Positions 10,201-20,400 of a stretch of 64,000 nt of DNA are shown here, piece after piece. The position numbers and the translations under genes are program-made. Numbering within the stretch: position 1 is the stretch's first letter; each line of letters begins with the position of its first letter. Source of the DNA: a phage. The notes below the pieces were generated by a model, which did no database searches, was not told where the DNA came from, and saw only the letters and a program-made list of their open reading frames with translations. Where the stretch lies: the sequence record PZ026127.1. One strand, 5' to 3'.

Positions 10201-10541
10201 TTAGAAATAAGTTCTCCACCTTCGGTCATTATCCGACCTGCAGCAATAATATCACGAGTTACGCGAGCAATCCCTGTTAAATTAAAATCACCTGTTTGGG
10301 TAAAGGTACCATTTAAGGTATAATCGCCGGTCTGGTTGTAATTTCCTTTATGAATAACGTTACCGTCAATATTACCACCTTTAGCAAAGCCAAGGTCGAT
10401 GATAGCGCCAGAGTCGTCTTTAGTAAAAAGTAATCGGTCCTTTAAGTTAATAGCCAGTTCGCCTTCAGCCAACTGGGCCGGTGTTGGACGTACACCGGCT
10501 ACTTTACTTCTTTTAAATTGGATTTGCTTTAAAGTAGCCAT
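7221..10541 (-). CDS. 37: long tail fibre distal subunit gp37 with C-terminal intramolecular chaperone (S74-like) domain
   Basis: 1106 aa; synteny 36-37-38; C-terminal ...[25 protein letters not shown]...[17 protein letters not shown]... resembles self-cleaving tail-fibre chaperone domains. Confidence 0.85.
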   Translation of the reverse strand: MATLKQIQFKRSKVAGVRPTPAQLAEGELAINLKDRLLFTKDDSGAIIDLGFAKGGNIDGNVIHKGNYNQTGDYTLNGTFTQTGDFNLTGIARVTRDIIAAGRIMTEGGELISKSASTSHLRFFDGDDRERGIIFSPNNAGLTNQVVNIRVQDYAAGSESTYAFSGSGLFTSPEVSAWKSISSPQILTDKVITNGKKIGDYDIYSMADNSPLAESETAINHLRVMRNAVSSSIFHEVKDNDGITWYAGDGLDAYLWSFTWSGGLKAGHSISVGTPGNSKGYSELGTASIALGDNDTGLKWHQDGYFHTVNNGTRTFIYGPTETQSLRKMVMGYSPDGVLMTTPPSENYALATVVTYHDNNAYGDGQTLLGYYQGGNYHHYFRGKGTTNVNTAGGLLVTPGNIDVVGGSVNIDGRNNNSVLLFKGYTTGQSSVDNMSIAVWGNTFNTVGGTRKNVMEISDAVSWMHYIQRNKDNTVEAVLNGQQTINENLVVKKDILVDRAVHTAGEITTNAVNGLRIWNNDYGVIFRRSEGSLHIIPTAFGEGMSGDIGPLRPFSMALDTGKVSIPDLQSRYNTITANGYIKFGGHGAGAGGYDIQYAQAAPVFQEIDDDAVSKYYPIVKQKFLQGKAVWSLGTEINSGTFVLHHYKEDGTQGHTSRFNADGTVNFPDNVQVGGGEATISKNGNIWSDIWKTFTSAGDVTNLLGAVYSRVSKEGDTMTGRLTLNANSDAIVINSAATESGYVKGQKAGVNNWYVGNGGADNALSFYSFQTNSGFNIHNSGEIGLAPQGSDTFYFNKDRLYIKGTQWAAHQAGDWGNQWKQEAPVFVDFGNVGNDSYYPIIKGKSGITNEGYVSGVDFGMRRITNTWAQAIIRVGNQENGNDPAGIFEFHSSGLFYAPSLVQTPAIGVGTVNGLGSPSIAIGDNDTGLSHGGDGRINMVANGMHIASWSSSYHIHEGLWDTTGALWTETGRAIISFGHLIQQSDAYSTFVRDVYVRSDIRVKKDLVKFENASEKLSKINGYTYMQKRGLDEEGNQKWEPNAGLIAQEVQAILPELVEGDPDGEALLRLNYNGVIGLNTAAINEHTAEIAELKSEIEELKALIKSLLK

Positions 10542-10549
10542 AATGCCTC

Positions 10550-11197
10550 TTAATAATAACCAAAATCTTGAATAGAATCTTTAATAACAATCTGGTCAAA
10601 ACGAGGAACGTGTCCTGCGTCAGAGGCCGGATTCAGCGAAATAAAGTTAGGAGCAGCAAGTACTCCGGTCATTGTTTGCATGTTAGTATTATTTATTTGG
10701 ACTTGTTTTGCGTTATCTACTAACGATAATCCTACTTGAGCTTTAGTAGGGGTGTTGCCTGGGCTGAATACACGACCTGATTCGTCATAAACTTGACGGA
10801 ATAATGAATCACCCATTACTGTGAGGCGTTTAGCACCCACTACTGTACTTGGGTCAAATATAACGAACGGTGTACCATCTTCCGTTTCATATCCAAAAGC
10901 ACCTTTAATACGGAAAGAAGCTGTGAACGGGGCTCCGCCAGTTCTTGCTCCTAATTTAATACCGTATCCATTGGTATCATTAAAGGTCAGCCCTTTTTCA
11001 AAATACACGTTATTCTTATAATTACCACCATCTGCTTTTGAAACAAAATCGTTATCAGTGGCTTGTGGTTTATTATATTCGGTGTAAACTTTATATGTTT
11101 TGTAAAGAAGGTCATTTGATACAGGCGTTAAGGGAAAATTACCTTGGTGCCATAATACCGAACCTCCTGCTGTAGAACCTAATTTTAAATCTGCCAT
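10550..11197 (-). CDS. 36: long tail fibre distal connector gp36
   Basis: 215 aa (T4 gp36 221 aa); synteny. Confidence 0.8.
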   Translation of the reverse strand: MADLKLGSTAGGSVLWHQGNFPLTPVSNDLLYKTYKVYTEYNKPQATDNDFVSKADGGNYKNNVYFEKGLTFNDTNGYGIKLGARTGGAPFTASFRIKGAFGYETEDGTPFVIFDPSTVVGAKRLTVMGDSLFRQVYDESGRVFSPGNTPTKAQVGLSLVDNAKQVQINNTNMQTMTGVLAAPNFISLNPASDAGHVPRFDQIVIKDSIQDFGYY

Positions 11198-11240
11198 TTG
11201 AGTTTCCTTTGGGAGTTATAGCCTTTTATATATTTATGGC

Positions 11241-11273
11241 TGTAAAAACGAAAAAGGAACCCGAAGGTTCCTT
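11241..11273 (-). terminator. intrinsic terminator after gene 35
   Basis: AAGGAACC-TTCG-GGTTCCTT (minus sense) followed by U-rich tract. Confidence 0.55.
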
Positions 11274-12393
11274 AATATTTTTCTCTAAATTCAGCGACCC
11301 AAACCTGACCAGGTTTAGTGCCTGTTTTATCATATAGCTGGGCTATGGTAGTACCCATATTTTTAGTTTCCGTACCAAAGTTCATACGAATACCGTTAAC
11401 ACCAAATTCAGCAGGTTTTGGCTGAGGTTCTGATTCAGATATCTCACCGAACATAACATTTCGAACTCCGCCTTGGCCAGCCGAAGCTGTTTTTCTGGCA
11501 TAAAGAGTAAAGTCTGTAGTACCTTCAGGAACCATTACTACCCGTTCAAATGTCATCCATGCACCAGCAGGAACGTTGGAAGGAACGTCCATATTAACTG
11601 TCCCAGTTAAAGCACCTGAGGCATTAAAAAATCTAACAGACATCTGAGAAGTCCCTACGTCTTTTAAAGCTTGGTCGCGCATTAATTGAAACTTAAGGTA
11701 AAAGAATTCACCTGGTTTCATATTATAATCTGTTAATGGGGTGGTAGGAGATTCGGTAGGAAATCGCTTAATTTCATCTCCATCATTGCTTAGATAAGTG
11801 CTTTCGTCTTCAACAATTCTGACAGGATATCCTGTACCACCGACATCACTGATATCATCAAATACCACTTCCAATGGAGTAGAAACATCTTCGACCAATA
11901 CCCCATCATTATAAAGCACATGTTCCATTACTATAGCATTCCTTCCTGAAACATAAAATGCCGAATAAGACGGCTCGAAGCGGTCTATTAGCCATTTAGA
12001 TGGAAATGCGGTACTTCCTGCTGCACGGAACCAATCGATAAGTTTTTGTGAAGCATTTAATCTACCAGAAGATACTAAACAAACTATTCTATTAGCCGGT
12101 ATAGAATTTATATACGTTATAAAAGCTTCAGAAATAACATCAAAATCTTTTGTAAAACTATAAGTTTTGTTAGCCACTATTTTGGGTTCAGCACTAACAT
12201 CAATTTCTATAAGGTTTAATCCATTTTGAAAATTCTGGGAACCGAAGTTCCCATCTTGAAATTTAACATATGCTTTTGTGGTAGACTTAGTACAACTACC
12301 CGCTATACTAAGTTTATACCTTACAGCATTGTTTTCAGATAATGTAGGAACCTGGACATATCCTTGTCCAAATTCTGCCATAAATCTTTCCAT
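11272..12393 (-). CDS. 35: long tail fibre hinge/knee protein gp35
   Basis: 373 aa (T4 gp35 372 aa); synteny; RBS AAGAGG. Confidence 0.8.
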   Translation of the reverse strand: MERFMAEFGQGYVQVPTLSENNAVRYKLSIAGSCTKSTTKAYVKFQDGNFGSQNFQNGLNLIEIDVSAEPKIVANKTYSFTKDFDVISEAFITYINSIPANRIVCLVSSGRLNASQKLIDWFRAAGSTAFPSKWLIDRFEPSYSAFYVSGRNAIVMEHVLYNDGVLVEDVSTPLEVVFDDISDVGGTGYPVRIVEDESTYLSNDGDEIKRFPTESPTTPLTDYNMKPGEFFYLKFQLMRDQALKDVGTSQMSVRFFNASGALTGTVNMDVPSNVPAGAWMTFERVVMVPEGTTDFTLYARKTASAGQGGVRNVMFGEISESEPQPKPAEFGVNGIRMNFGTETKNMGTTIAQLYDKTGTKPGQVWVAEFREKY

Positions 12394-12401
12394 AATACCT
12401 C

Positions 12402-15400
12402 TTATTCAATCCACTCAAACTTAACGGATTTAGTGACCGGGTCAGGAATAATACGCACGTTACCAATACGTAACCAATCAAGGATTGTAATGTTTTTCAT
12501 GGTAGCATTATCTGCAGGTAAAGCACCCACGTCATTGGCTGTAGGCGGGTTAGCTGCTGTATAAACCATAGCAAAATCCGTCCACTCATTTTTATTTTTC
12601 TGCCAAGTACGTGTATAACGAATAGTACCACCATTCAGTCCTGTAGGGTAACATATCCAATCTTGATAACATGAATCCAAGGTATTGCCAAACTGGGTTA
12701 ACGTACCAGGGTATTTAATTTCATTTTTATCTCTATCAAAGAAATCAAACCATTGGCCTCTAAGCTTTTCATCATTAGAGCCTAAAACTGGGGCTCCTTC
12801 AGTACCATCCTCATTCAGATAATGTATTTCAGGCGAATCAAAAGTTCCATCTAACGTCAACCAACCTGTAGCTTTCCAATCTCCATCCGTTACTGAAGGC
12901 GGCTTGGTCTGAATTGTATCAATAGTTATATGACGACGTAATATCATTCTATGATAACCCGGGAACTTACTATAAGTAGCCTCGTCACTGATATCAACAG
13001 ACCAGAAGCCAACTGTTTCTGCAGTAGGAGCTTGCTCGATAAGACTTGGCTTAGTACCAAATGCACGAACTGGAGCATTAACACGGAGAACACCTGTCAT
13101 TGTGTCGCCGGCCTGGTTAACAAAGTTCCGGTCTACAATTTCTACAGCGTTTTTCTCGGTCAGAACTTTATAAGCACCGCCACCATTAGCTACGATATTT
13201 CCTGCATCTAATGTTTTAAGAACCAAATTCTGAGAATTATCGCCTAAAGACAATGTAGCACCAGAAGATTCACCTGTGGTGGTTGCGATGGTTCTTCCAT
13301 TCAGGACAAAGTTATTTTTGGCCTGGACATCATTCCCAGCACTAAGGTTATTCAGAGCAGCCACATTACCTGTAGCGGTGTTCATAGTCAATACGTTAGT
13401 CGTATCACCAATGGTTAATGTAGTTCCTGTAGATGGAGCTGTTATTTTCCATTTATTGGTTCCGTTAACAACGTTCACTGTGCCAAAGGTAGAATTCGTA
13501 GCTGTAACATCCGTAAATGTAGCAGTACTAGAAGACACCAGAGGAGCTGCCAGGTTCAATTGTTTGGTCAGGGTTAAAGAACCATTAACCGTTTGGTCGA
13601 CGTCTCTACGAATGAACTGGAGTGAATCTAGGCCATCCAATTTCTCGGAGTTCACAGCCGTAGCATTTATAGGTAAAAAGTTCTGTAAAGTTTTATTCAT
13701 CTCGTAAGATGAAACCGCATAACCCGTTTTAGGGTAGTTAGCTGCGTTCAGAACAGTATCATCGTTCTCGTAAAGGCCTGTGCCTGAGTTAAATTTAACA
13801 CCGGAACCGGTAACTTTATTTCCTGAATGGGTTAAAGCACCTTCGGTTAGTTTAACAAATCCACGACGAAGTGCAGTAGCTTCCCAAGTGGTTTCGGTCT
13901 GTACTACATATTTTAAACCAGAAGGGCTTACAGCCAGAACTTTAGAAGTTCCTGCAGTTGTTTCGGTATTCGTTGCAACACGAATAATACCTTCAGAACT
14001 TTCAGTAGATTTTTTAGAATGCAATTTCAAAGGAGTGATGATAGTTTTATCATCGGTACCAACGTTGACTTCGGTCTGGGTTGCCAGGCGAGCAGTACCA
14101 CGTTGAGTCTCATTTGCTTCTCTAATATCTAGTGTATAATGGTTCCATAAGGTTCCTGATTCAACCAAACCACTGGCTGCTGAGACAGAAGTTCTAGCAG
14201 TATCATTAAATCTTGTTTTAACTTTCAACGGAGTTGAAATAACATTATCTAACGTACCAGCATCAAATTCTACCTGTGTTGCAATTCTAGCAATACCAGT
14301 CAATCCTTCCGTAGCTTTCCTATCATTTAACGTTTTAGGCGTTACTGCACGAGTATAATCTGTTCCAGTATCAGTTTCCTGTTGCGTAGCAATTTCAATT
14401 AACCCTGTACGAGTATCAAGAGCCACACGAGCATGTAATGTTTCAGGAGAAACAGCACTGTTGGCAAATCCACTTGCAGTTTGACCTGCGTTAACTTCAG
14501 ATTGGTTAGAAAGATATACCGTACCCTGTTGAACTTGGGTAGCTTTATACTGGTCAAGAGCTTTAGGAGAAATAACCAAATTGCCTACGTTCTTATTATA
14601 AACGTTAGTACCTACGGTGTCCCTAGCAGTCGCAGGAGCGGTTCCTACAGTAGAGGTATATGTTACAATACCTGAAAGACTTTCCGAACCCTGGCGCGCT
14701 TGTAGCTTCTTAGGAGTGATGATTGTAGTATCATCTGTACCCGTGTTAGTTTCAACTTGCGTAGCAATTTCAGCAACACCACGACGAGTTTCGGTTGCAG
14801 TACGTTCGTTTAATTTCTTAGGAGAAATAATCAAATCGTCCTGGAATGCGAAGGTTGTGTCCTGGTTCACCTGAGCAGTAGTAGCAATACGAGCAATACC
14901 ACGACGAGATTCAGTCGCCACACGATTAGCTAAAGTCTGCGGAGTAATTGCCAGTTCTTTTTCAGGATTATTTTCATGGTCAACGTTTGCTTGAGTCTGG
15001 GACGCAAGGGCAATAACACCTAAACGAGCACGAGTTAAATCATCTTTAGAATCCACACGTTCTATAGTAGGAACGTTCTGGGCAACAACCCAATATTTGC
15101 CACCTGTAGTGGTGTCTTCGATATAACTCAGTTCAATAACCGGAGTATAACTTATATTGCCATTAAAGGTCAGTACGTCATTCAATACCCATTCGGTTTC
15201 TGGTGGATATTCTGAACGTTTAGGGAATTGAAGCAACTGGACGGATGAAGCAATCTTATCTCCTACGGCAGCCTTAATATTTACTGTCTGAGCTTTACGG
15301 AGATAGTTCAGAGCAATCTTAACGACATCACCCTGGGCCACACCGGTAGGTAATGTGATATTAATTGTCTGGGGTGTCGTGTTATTAGGACCAAAAACAA

Positions 15401-16373
15401 TAACACTTTCGTTAGCCAAGAGTTCAACATCGTCACGAATTACACGTAAACGAGTTTGAAGGTCGCCGTCCCAAACATACCATAATTTTTCGTTAGAGTT
15501 ATAAACGAAGAATCCATCGCCTGAGGTACGGAATTCCATGCTATGCTGATCAGGTTTACCTAATGCAGACGAAGCATCAAACGTTTCAACGATTAAGTGG
15601 AACTTACTTCCTAAACCATCGATATCAACGGTTTTAATCATATCACCTTGGTTCGCATACTTAGGAAGAGTAAACTTAATTACTGCACCTGAAGTATAAC
15701 GACGGAGAACATTATCACCGGCTTGAGCTTGGAACTGAGCGGTGTTCGGTTCTACACGAATACCACGTTCTTCGTTACCAGCTTCCCAGAAATGCCAAAG
15801 ACGGTTAGCAAAGATAAGCATGTTATAAGAAAAAGGCTTCGTAATTAAGGTCTCAGTAAACTGATTACCAAAACGAACAATTTTCTGGTTACCGCCACCA
15901 GGAGCAGAACTAGACTGAACCTTTATTTCGTTATAACCAACACGTCCACCGATATCTTTAATTACAACGGTATCGCCGTCTGTAGGGTTAGGAGGCAAGG
16001 TAAATGTAGTAAAGCTAGCAGCGGAATCCACCGCAATATATTCACCAGAAGCCAGTTGGCGTGTAGGAGATGCTACGGTAATCCATTTAGGGTCCGTACG
16101 GGTAGCGGTCCAATAACCAGGTACAAAGGTTCCTGCCGGAGCATCGATATCACGTTGAGCAACCCAGATACGTTGGTCATGGATTACGGCGAACCCTTTC
16201 TTATATCCACGCGTCTCGTCGTACGCCTGGATGGTGTTCTCATCTATAAAGAATTCAACGTTGACGCCGTCGTCTAATACATTGTAATCGGCTTTGGCAA
16301 CATTGATAACTTTCTCGCCTGCAGCATCGAGTCCGGATGTAGCACGGAAGGCAGGTTTTAAAATATCGGCCAT
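12402..16373 (-). CDS. 34: long tail fibre proximal subunit gp34
   Basis: 1323 aa (T4 gp34 1289 aa); synteny; late promoter upstream. Confidence 0.85.
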   Translation of the reverse strand: MADILKPAFRATSGLDAAGEKVINVAKADYNVLDDGVNVEFFIDENTIQAYDETRGYKKGFAVIHDQRIWVAQRDIDAPAGTFVPGYWTATRTDPKWITVASPTRQLASGEYIAVDSAASFTTFTLPPNPTDGDTVVIKDIGGRVGYNEIKVQSSSAPGGGNQKIVRFGNQFTETLITKPFSYNMLIFANRLWHFWEAGNEERGIRVEPNTAQFQAQAGDNVLRRYTSGAVIKFTLPKYANQGDMIKTVDIDGLGSKFHLIVETFDASSALGKPDQHSMEFRTSGDGFFVYNSNEKLWYVWDGDLQTRLRVIRDDVELLANESVIVFGPNNTTPQTINITLPTGVAQGDVVKIALNYLRKAQTVNIKAAVGDKIASSVQLLQFPKRSEYPPETEWVLNDVLTFNGNISYTPVIELSYIEDTTTGGKYWVVAQNVPTIERVDSKDDLTRARLGVIALASQTQANVDHENNPEKELAITPQTLANRVATESRRGIARIATTAQVNQDTTFAFQDDLIISPKKLNERTATETRRGVAEIATQVETNTGTDDTTIITPKKLQARQGSESLSGIVTYTSTVGTAPATARDTVGTNVYNKNVGNLVISPKALDQYKATQVQQGTVYLSNQSEVNAGQTASGFANSAVSPETLHARVALDTRTGLIEIATQQETDTGTDYTRAVTPKTLNDRKATEGLTGIARIATQVEFDAGTLDNVISTPLKVKTRFNDTARTSVSAASGLVESGTLWNHYTLDIREANETQRGTARLATQTEVNVGTDDKTIITPLKLHSKKSTESSEGIIRVATNTETTAGTSKVLAVSPSGLKYVVQTETTWEATALRRGFVKLTEGALTHSGNKVTGSGVKFNSGTGLYENDDTVLNAANYPKTGYAVSSYEMNKTLQNFLPINATAVNSEKLDGLDSLQFIRRDVDQTVNGSLTLTKQLNLAAPLVSSSTATFTDVTATNSTFGTVNVVNGTNKWKITAPSTGTTLTIGDTTNVLTMNTATGNVAALNNLSAGNDVQAKNNFVLNGRTIATTTGESSGATLSLGDNSQNLVLKTLDAGNIVANGGGAYKVLTEKNAVEIVDRNFVNQAGDTMTGVLRVNAPVRAFGTKPSLIEQAPTAETVGFWSVDISDEATYSKFPGYHRMILRRHITIDTIQTKPPSVTDGDWKATGWLTLDGTFDSPEIHYLNEDGTEGAPVLGSNDEKLRGQWFDFFDRDKNEIKYPGTLTQFGNTLDSCYQDWICYPTGLNGGTIRYTRTWQKNKNEWTDFAMVYTAANPPTANDVGALPADNATMKNITILDWLRIGNVRIIPDPVTKSVKFEWIE

Positions 16374-16405
16374 TTTATTTCCTTTTCGTTTTCAGGGTAT
16401 AGAAC

Positions 16406-16413
16406 TATTTATA
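16406..16413 (-). promoter_or_regulatory. late promoter of gene 34
   Basis: TATAAATA on minus strand upstream of gene 34. Confidence 0.6.
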
Positions 16414-16420
16414 GCAAGAT

Positions 16421-16449
16421 GTTTACTTCCTTAAAACCCATGATATAAT
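16421..16449 (+). promoter_or_regulatory. early promoter upstream of rnh
   Basis: GTTTAC, 17 nt, TATAAT. Confidence 0.6.
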
Positions 16450-16480
16450 GGACCTCTCAACTACTTGAACAGAGGTTCAT

Positions 16481-17428
16481 ATGAACGATTTAGATTTTTT
16501 ACTTCCTGAAGAAGACCAACAAAAAGATGGATTTTTACTCCTAGATTTCAGCCAAATCATTATGGCTGCGGCTTTCCAAGAGTTTGGTGAGAATGCTGGA
16601 TTTCCTAAAGTAACTACAGCAATGCTTCGACACCTCGTGTTGAATTCAATTAAGAAAAACATTAAAGACTTTAAAAAACAAGGTTACAGCCAACTGGTTA
16701 TTTGTGTTGACAACTCTAAATCAGGTTATTGGCGTCGTCGCTATTCACCTTATTATAAGAAAAACCGTGCTAAGGCTCGTGAAGAATCATTATTTGATTG
16801 GGAAGGCTTATTTACGGCAATGCATATTATTGTTGATGAGCTTGAACATAACATGCCTTATATTGTTATGAACATCGATACTGTCGAGGCCGATGACCAT
16901 ATTGCTGTTTTAACCCGAATCCTCACGGCTTTAGGCCATCCTGTTATGATCGGTTCTTCGGATGGTGACTTTACCCAGCTCCATAAATTCCCTGGGGTAA
17001 AACAATGGTCTCCAATGCAGAAAAAATTCGTCAAAACAAAATCTGGCGATTCATTGCTTGATTGCGTGACTAAGGTTGTTAAAGGTGACCGTAAAGATAA
17101 CGTCGCGAGTATTAAAGTTCGTGGTGATTACTGGTTGACGATGGTTGAAGGCGAACGTACTCCTAGCACTCGTGCCAAGGAACTTGAAGCAATTGCTCTG
17201 AATTATTATGACCATGATATAATTAAAACACTTCTTACTGAAGAACAATATGAACGTTTCTGTGAAAACCAAATCTTAATTGATATGGACTTTATTCCAG
17301 ATGATATTGTTGCTTTAATTACTGAAAGATATAATACGTATAACAAACCTTCGAAATCTAAAGTCTATCCTTATTTCGTTAAATCTGGTTTGTCTAAACT
17401 AACCGCTACAGTAGCTGATTTTTATTAA
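16481..17428 (+). CDS. rnh: RNase H (5'-3' exonuclease, FEN-like)
   Basis: 315 aa; IDNSKSGYWRR...YYKKNR.KAREES.FDWEG, EADDHIAVL, SSDGDFTQLHK, KQWSPM.KK match T4 RNase H. Confidence 0.9.
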   Translation: MNDLDFLLPEEDQQKDGFLLLDFSQIIMAAAFQEFGENAGFPKVTTAMLRHLVLNSIKKNIKDFKKQGYSQLVICVDNSKSGYWRRRYSPYYKKNRAKAREESLFDWEGLFTAMHIIVDELEHNMPYIVMNIDTVEADDHIAVLTRILTALGHPVMIGSSDGDFTQLHKFPGVKQWSPMQKKFVKTKSGDSLLDCVTKVVKGDRKDNVASIKVRGDYWLTMVEGERTPSTRAKELEAIALNYYDHDIIKTLLTEEQYERFCENQILIDMDFIPDDIVALITERYNTYNKPSKSKVYPYFVKSGLSKLTATVADFY

Positions 17429-17438
17429 GGTGAATATA

Positions 17439-17708
17439 ATGGCTAAAGAAAAAGTGAAAGTTGAATTCAATCAAGAAGAACATGGTAACACATTGGCACA
17501 ACTGATTAAGTCGGCTTCTGATACTAAATTAAAAATGGAAGCTTACGGTGACGAAATTAAAGATATCAAAGACCGTGCTAAGACTGAACTTGGTGTAGAC
17601 GGTAAAATGTTTAACCAACTGTTCTCTCTGTACCATAAAGGCACTCGTGAACGTTTCGAAGACGAAAAAACTGAAGTGGTAGAACTGTATGACACAATCT
17701 TTGAATGA
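17439..17708 (+). CDS. dsbA: DsbA double-stranded DNA-binding protein (late transcription enhancer)
   Basis: 89 aa from ATG (T4 DsbA 89 aa); synteny rnh-dsbA-33; track ORF starts at upstream GTG. Confidence 0.7.
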   Translation: MAKEKVKVEFNQEEHGNTLAQLIKSASDTKLKMEAYGDEIKDIKDRAKTELGVDGKMFNQLFSLYHKGTRERFEDEKTEVVELYDTIFE

Positions 17709-17991
17709 TTTTGATGGAGCGGTTAATACCGCTTCCGAACCTGTCCATGTGCTCGTAAACAAACAACAGAATGGCCTTGATATTGAGGCCTTTGTTGAAG
17801 CTGAAGGTTGTAGTTACCTCGAAGCGGCTACCGCATGGTTGGAAGAGAACAGCATCCCTGAAGGTAACTTTGCTCGTTATTTGCCTGCAGGAATTATTGA
17901 TAAAATTATGAACGAAGCCATTGATGATAACTTGCTTCGACCTTCAATGGCTCGAACGCAAAAAACTAATACTCTGGATTTCTTGTTATGA
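17689..17991 (+). CDS. 33: late transcription co-activator gp33
   Basis: 100 aa; synteny between dsbA and 59; overlaps dsbA 3' end. Confidence 0.6.
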   Translation: MTQSLNDFDGAVNTASEPVHVLVNKQQNGLDIEAFVEAEGCSYLEAATAWLEENSIPEGNFARYLPAGIIDKIMNEAIDDNLLRPSMARTQKTNTLDFLL

Positions 17992-18641
17992 TTAAGATTC
18001 GCATGCCACCAAACAATAACCGTATGGTGAATGGTAAGAGCGTATATTCACTATACTTAATGCTCAAACATCACTTCAATGCCAAATACGACGTTATAAA
18101 ATATAACTGGGTCATGCGAATCTCTGATACGGCTTATCAAAAACGTCGTGACAAATATTTCTTTGAGAAATTGAGTGATAAATACACTTTGAAAGAGCTT
18201 GCTCTTATTTTCATGAGTAACTTGGTGGCTAACCAAGACGCATGGATTGGCGACATCAGTGATGCCGACGCCTTAGTCTTTTACCGAGAATATATCGGTA
18301 GACTTAAAAGAATAAAACAAGTTTTTGAGGATGATATCAAAAACATCTATTATTTCAGTAAGAAAGTGGAAGTTAAAGCGCTTTCTGAAATTTTTGATTA
18401 TAATAAAAAAGTTAACTCGAGCTATATTTTTAAGCTCCTTCAATCGAATGTTATTTCATTCGAAACGTTTATTTTGCTTGATTCATTTATGGATATAATT
18501 GATAAACATGATGAACAGACCAACGATTTAGTGTGGTCTAAGTATTCGACTAAATTAAATGCTTATAAGAAAATTCTTATAATCGATAATTTAGAAGCTC
18601 GTAAATTGTTCATTGAAACTATCAAATCTTGTAAGTTTTAA
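17988..18641 (+). CDS. 59: helicase loader gp59
   Basis: 217 aa (T4 gp59 217 aa); DVIKYNWVMR.SD.AYQKRRDKYFF.KLS.KY.LKELALIF.SNLVANQDAWIGDISDADALVFYREYIGRLK near-identical to T4. Confidence 0.9.
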   Translation: MIKIRMPPNNNRMVNGKSVYSLYLMLKHHFNAKYDVIKYNWVMRISDTAYQKRRDKYFFEKLSDKYTLKELALIFMSNLVANQDAWIGDISDADALVFYREYIGRLKRIKQVFEDDIKNIYYFSKKVEVKALSEIFDYNKKVNSSYIFKLLQSNVISFETFILLDSFMDIIDKHDEQTNDLVWSKYSTKLNAYKKILIIDNLEARKLFIETIKSCKF

Positions 18642-18666
18642 TGCTTCAAACCAACTGTGTTAATAT
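18640..18666 (+). promoter_or_regulatory. MotA-dependent middle promoter of gene 32
   Basis: MotA box AATGCTTCA about 12 nt upstream of TAATAT -10. Confidence 0.5.
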
Positions 18667-18730
18667 ACTAACTCAATCTGTTAAAAACTGTTAATAAAAT
18701 ATAACTGCTAAATCTGCTAAGGTAAATAAT
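18667..18730 (+). promoter_or_regulatory. gene 32 5' leader / putative autoregulatory translational operator
   Basis: AU-rich leader with repeated CUG(U/C)UAA-like motifs immediately upstream of gene 32 ATG; T4 gp32 autoregulates translation via its leader. Confidence 0.45.
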
Positions 18731-19636
18731 ATGTTTAAACGTAAAGACCCTTCCCAACTGGCTGCTCAACTGTCTGCAATGAAAGGTGGTTCTTCTTTCT
18801 CTTCCGATGATAAAGCTGAATGGAAATTGAAAGATGACAATGGCGTTGGTACTGCGGTAATTCGTTTCCTACCTTCGAAAAACGAAGAAAATCCATCTCC
18901 ATTCATTAAGCTCGTTAACCACGGCTTTAAGAAAAATGGTCAATGGTACATTGAAAACTGTACGTCTACACACGGTGATTTCGATTCATGTCCTGTATGT
19001 AAATACATGAACCAGAATGATACCTTTAATACTAATAATGCCGAATACAAACTGATGAAACGTAAAACTTCCTTCTGGGCTAACATCCTTGTTATTAAGG
19101 ATAGTGCAGTGCCTGCTAACGAAGGTAAAGTGTTTAAATTCCGTTTCGGTCAGAAAATTATGGATAAAATCAACCAGATGGTTGAAGTTGATACCGATAT
19201 TGGTGAAGTGCCGGTTGACGTAACATGTCCGTTTGATGGTGCGAACTTCGTACTGAAATCTAAGAAAGTTGGCGACTTCAAGAACTATGACGATTCCAAA
19301 TTCATGGGTCAGTCTGAAATTCCTAACATCAATGATGAAGCTTACCAAGCTAAATTGATGGAAGAAATGCACGACCTTTCTAAACTGCTCGATTTCAAAT
19401 CATTCGAAACTAACGAAGCCAAGTTTAAGAAAGTTGTTGGTACAGCTGCTCTTGGTGGTGCTGCCGCTAAAGCTTCTGCAGCCGCTGATAAGATTGGTGA
19501 TGACCTGGACGCATTCAGTGCAGACCTTGATGCATATGATTCTAAACCATCTACACCGACTCGTTCCACTACTCCTGAGCCGTCAGTAAGTCCTTCTGAT
19601 GACGATGGTCTGGACGACCTGTTAGCTGGTCTATAA
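18731..19636 (+). CDS. 32: single-stranded DNA-binding protein gp32
   Basis: 301 aa (T4 gp32 301 aa); IRFLPSKN...[27 protein letters not shown] and acidic C-terminus match T4 gp32. Confidence 0.95.
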   Translation: MFKRKDPSQLAAQLSAMKGGSSFSSDDKAEWKLKDDNGVGTAVIRFLPSKNEENPSPFIKLVNHGFKKNGQWYIENCTSTHGDFDSCPVCKYMNQNDTFNTNNAEYKLMKRKTSFWANILVIKDSAVPANEGKVFKFRFGQKIMDKINQMVEVDTDIGEVPVDVTCPFDGANFVLKSKKVGDFKNYDDSKFMGQSEIPNINDEAYQAKLMEEMHDLSKLLDFKSFETNEAKFKKVVGTAALGGAAAKASAAADKIGDDLDAFSADLDAYDSKPSTPTRSTTPEPSVSPSDDDGLDDLLAGL

Positions 19637-19652
19637 GTTATTGATTTATAAT

Positions 19653-19677
19653 GGGAAGACTTCGGTCTTCCCTTTTT
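19653..19677 (+). terminator. intrinsic terminator after gene 32
   Basis: GGGAAGAC-TTCG-GTCTTCCC followed by T5. Confidence 0.7.
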
Positions 19678-19688
19678 GGCATTTAATG

Positions 19689-19717
19689 GTTTACAACGCC
19701 TTTAAACATGATACTAT
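19689..19717 (+). promoter_or_regulatory. early promoter (frd-upstream cluster, first)
   Basis: GTTTACAACGCCTTTAAACATGATACTAT; identical copy at 20401. Confidence 0.6.
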
Positions 19718-19746
19718 AGACCTATCAACTACATGAGGAAATAAAA

Positions 19747-20136
19747 ATGGAAATCGGTAAAACTTATGAACTTCGTCCTGAATGCATTAAAGACTTTATT
19801 GAAATGGACGAATATGAAAATAATAAAAGCATGGTCGGCCTTATCCAAGACAACGGCGGTTGGTTTGAAGTAAAGGATATGGTGACTATGGATGGCGACA
19901 AATTTGTGACTGAAATCGAATGCGCCAACGGCGAGATTTATAATGAAGTTGGGTTGGTGCCAAATTATTTTGAGTTGCATGAAGACGAGTTCTATTGCTT
20001 CCGTGAATATGTTGTGGAAGATAAAGAAATCGATGAGCCTATTGCTAAGGCCGGTGTGACTCAAATCCATTGCATTGTCACCGAACAGAACGTTGACCAA
20101 ATCATTGAACTTTTGCAAAAAACTTTTAAGGCCTAA
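19747..20136 (+). CDS. hypothetical early protein (frd-upstream cluster)
   Basis: 129-aa ORF with own early promoter and RBS. Confidence 0.5.
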   Translation: MEIGKTYELRPECIKDFIEMDEYENNKSMVGLIQDNGGWFEVKDMVTMDGDKFVTEIECANGEIYNEVGLVPNYFELHEDEFYCFREYVVEDKEIDEPIAKAGVTQIHCIVTEQNVDQIIELLQKTFKA

Positions 20137-20137
20137 T

Positions 20138-20398
20138 ATGACTAAAGATGATTTCCTGGATGCAGTAGAAAAAGCCAGTGAGAAATTTGAAGTGATGGGT
20201 GTACGAGTTCATAAAGACCGAAATTACGGGCTCGATATCCAAACTTATTCATTATGGCTTGTAGGTGAACATAGTCTTGTAACCACCTTAGTTATGGGTG
20301 TTGATGCCCAACCTTTACTGGTTAAATTTAGAAGTATGGAAAAAGCTACCAAAGAAATGATTAAACTTGGTAAATGGCTTGATAAAATTCAAAAATAA
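20138..20398 (+). CDS. hypothetical early protein
   Basis: 86 aa from ATG; track ORF extended upstream. Confidence 0.45.
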   Translation: MTKDDFLDAVEKASEKFEVMGVRVHKDRNYGLDIQTYSLWLVGEHSLVTTLVMGVDAQPLLVKFRSMEKATKEMIKLGKWLDKIQK

Positions 20399-20400
20399 AT

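Noticed and set aside
11221-11245. Late promoter for gene 36 in the 35-36 intergenic region
   Set aside because: Minus-strand sequence CATAAATATATAAAAGG is close to but not an exact TATAAATA; plausible but unsupported, so not annotated.
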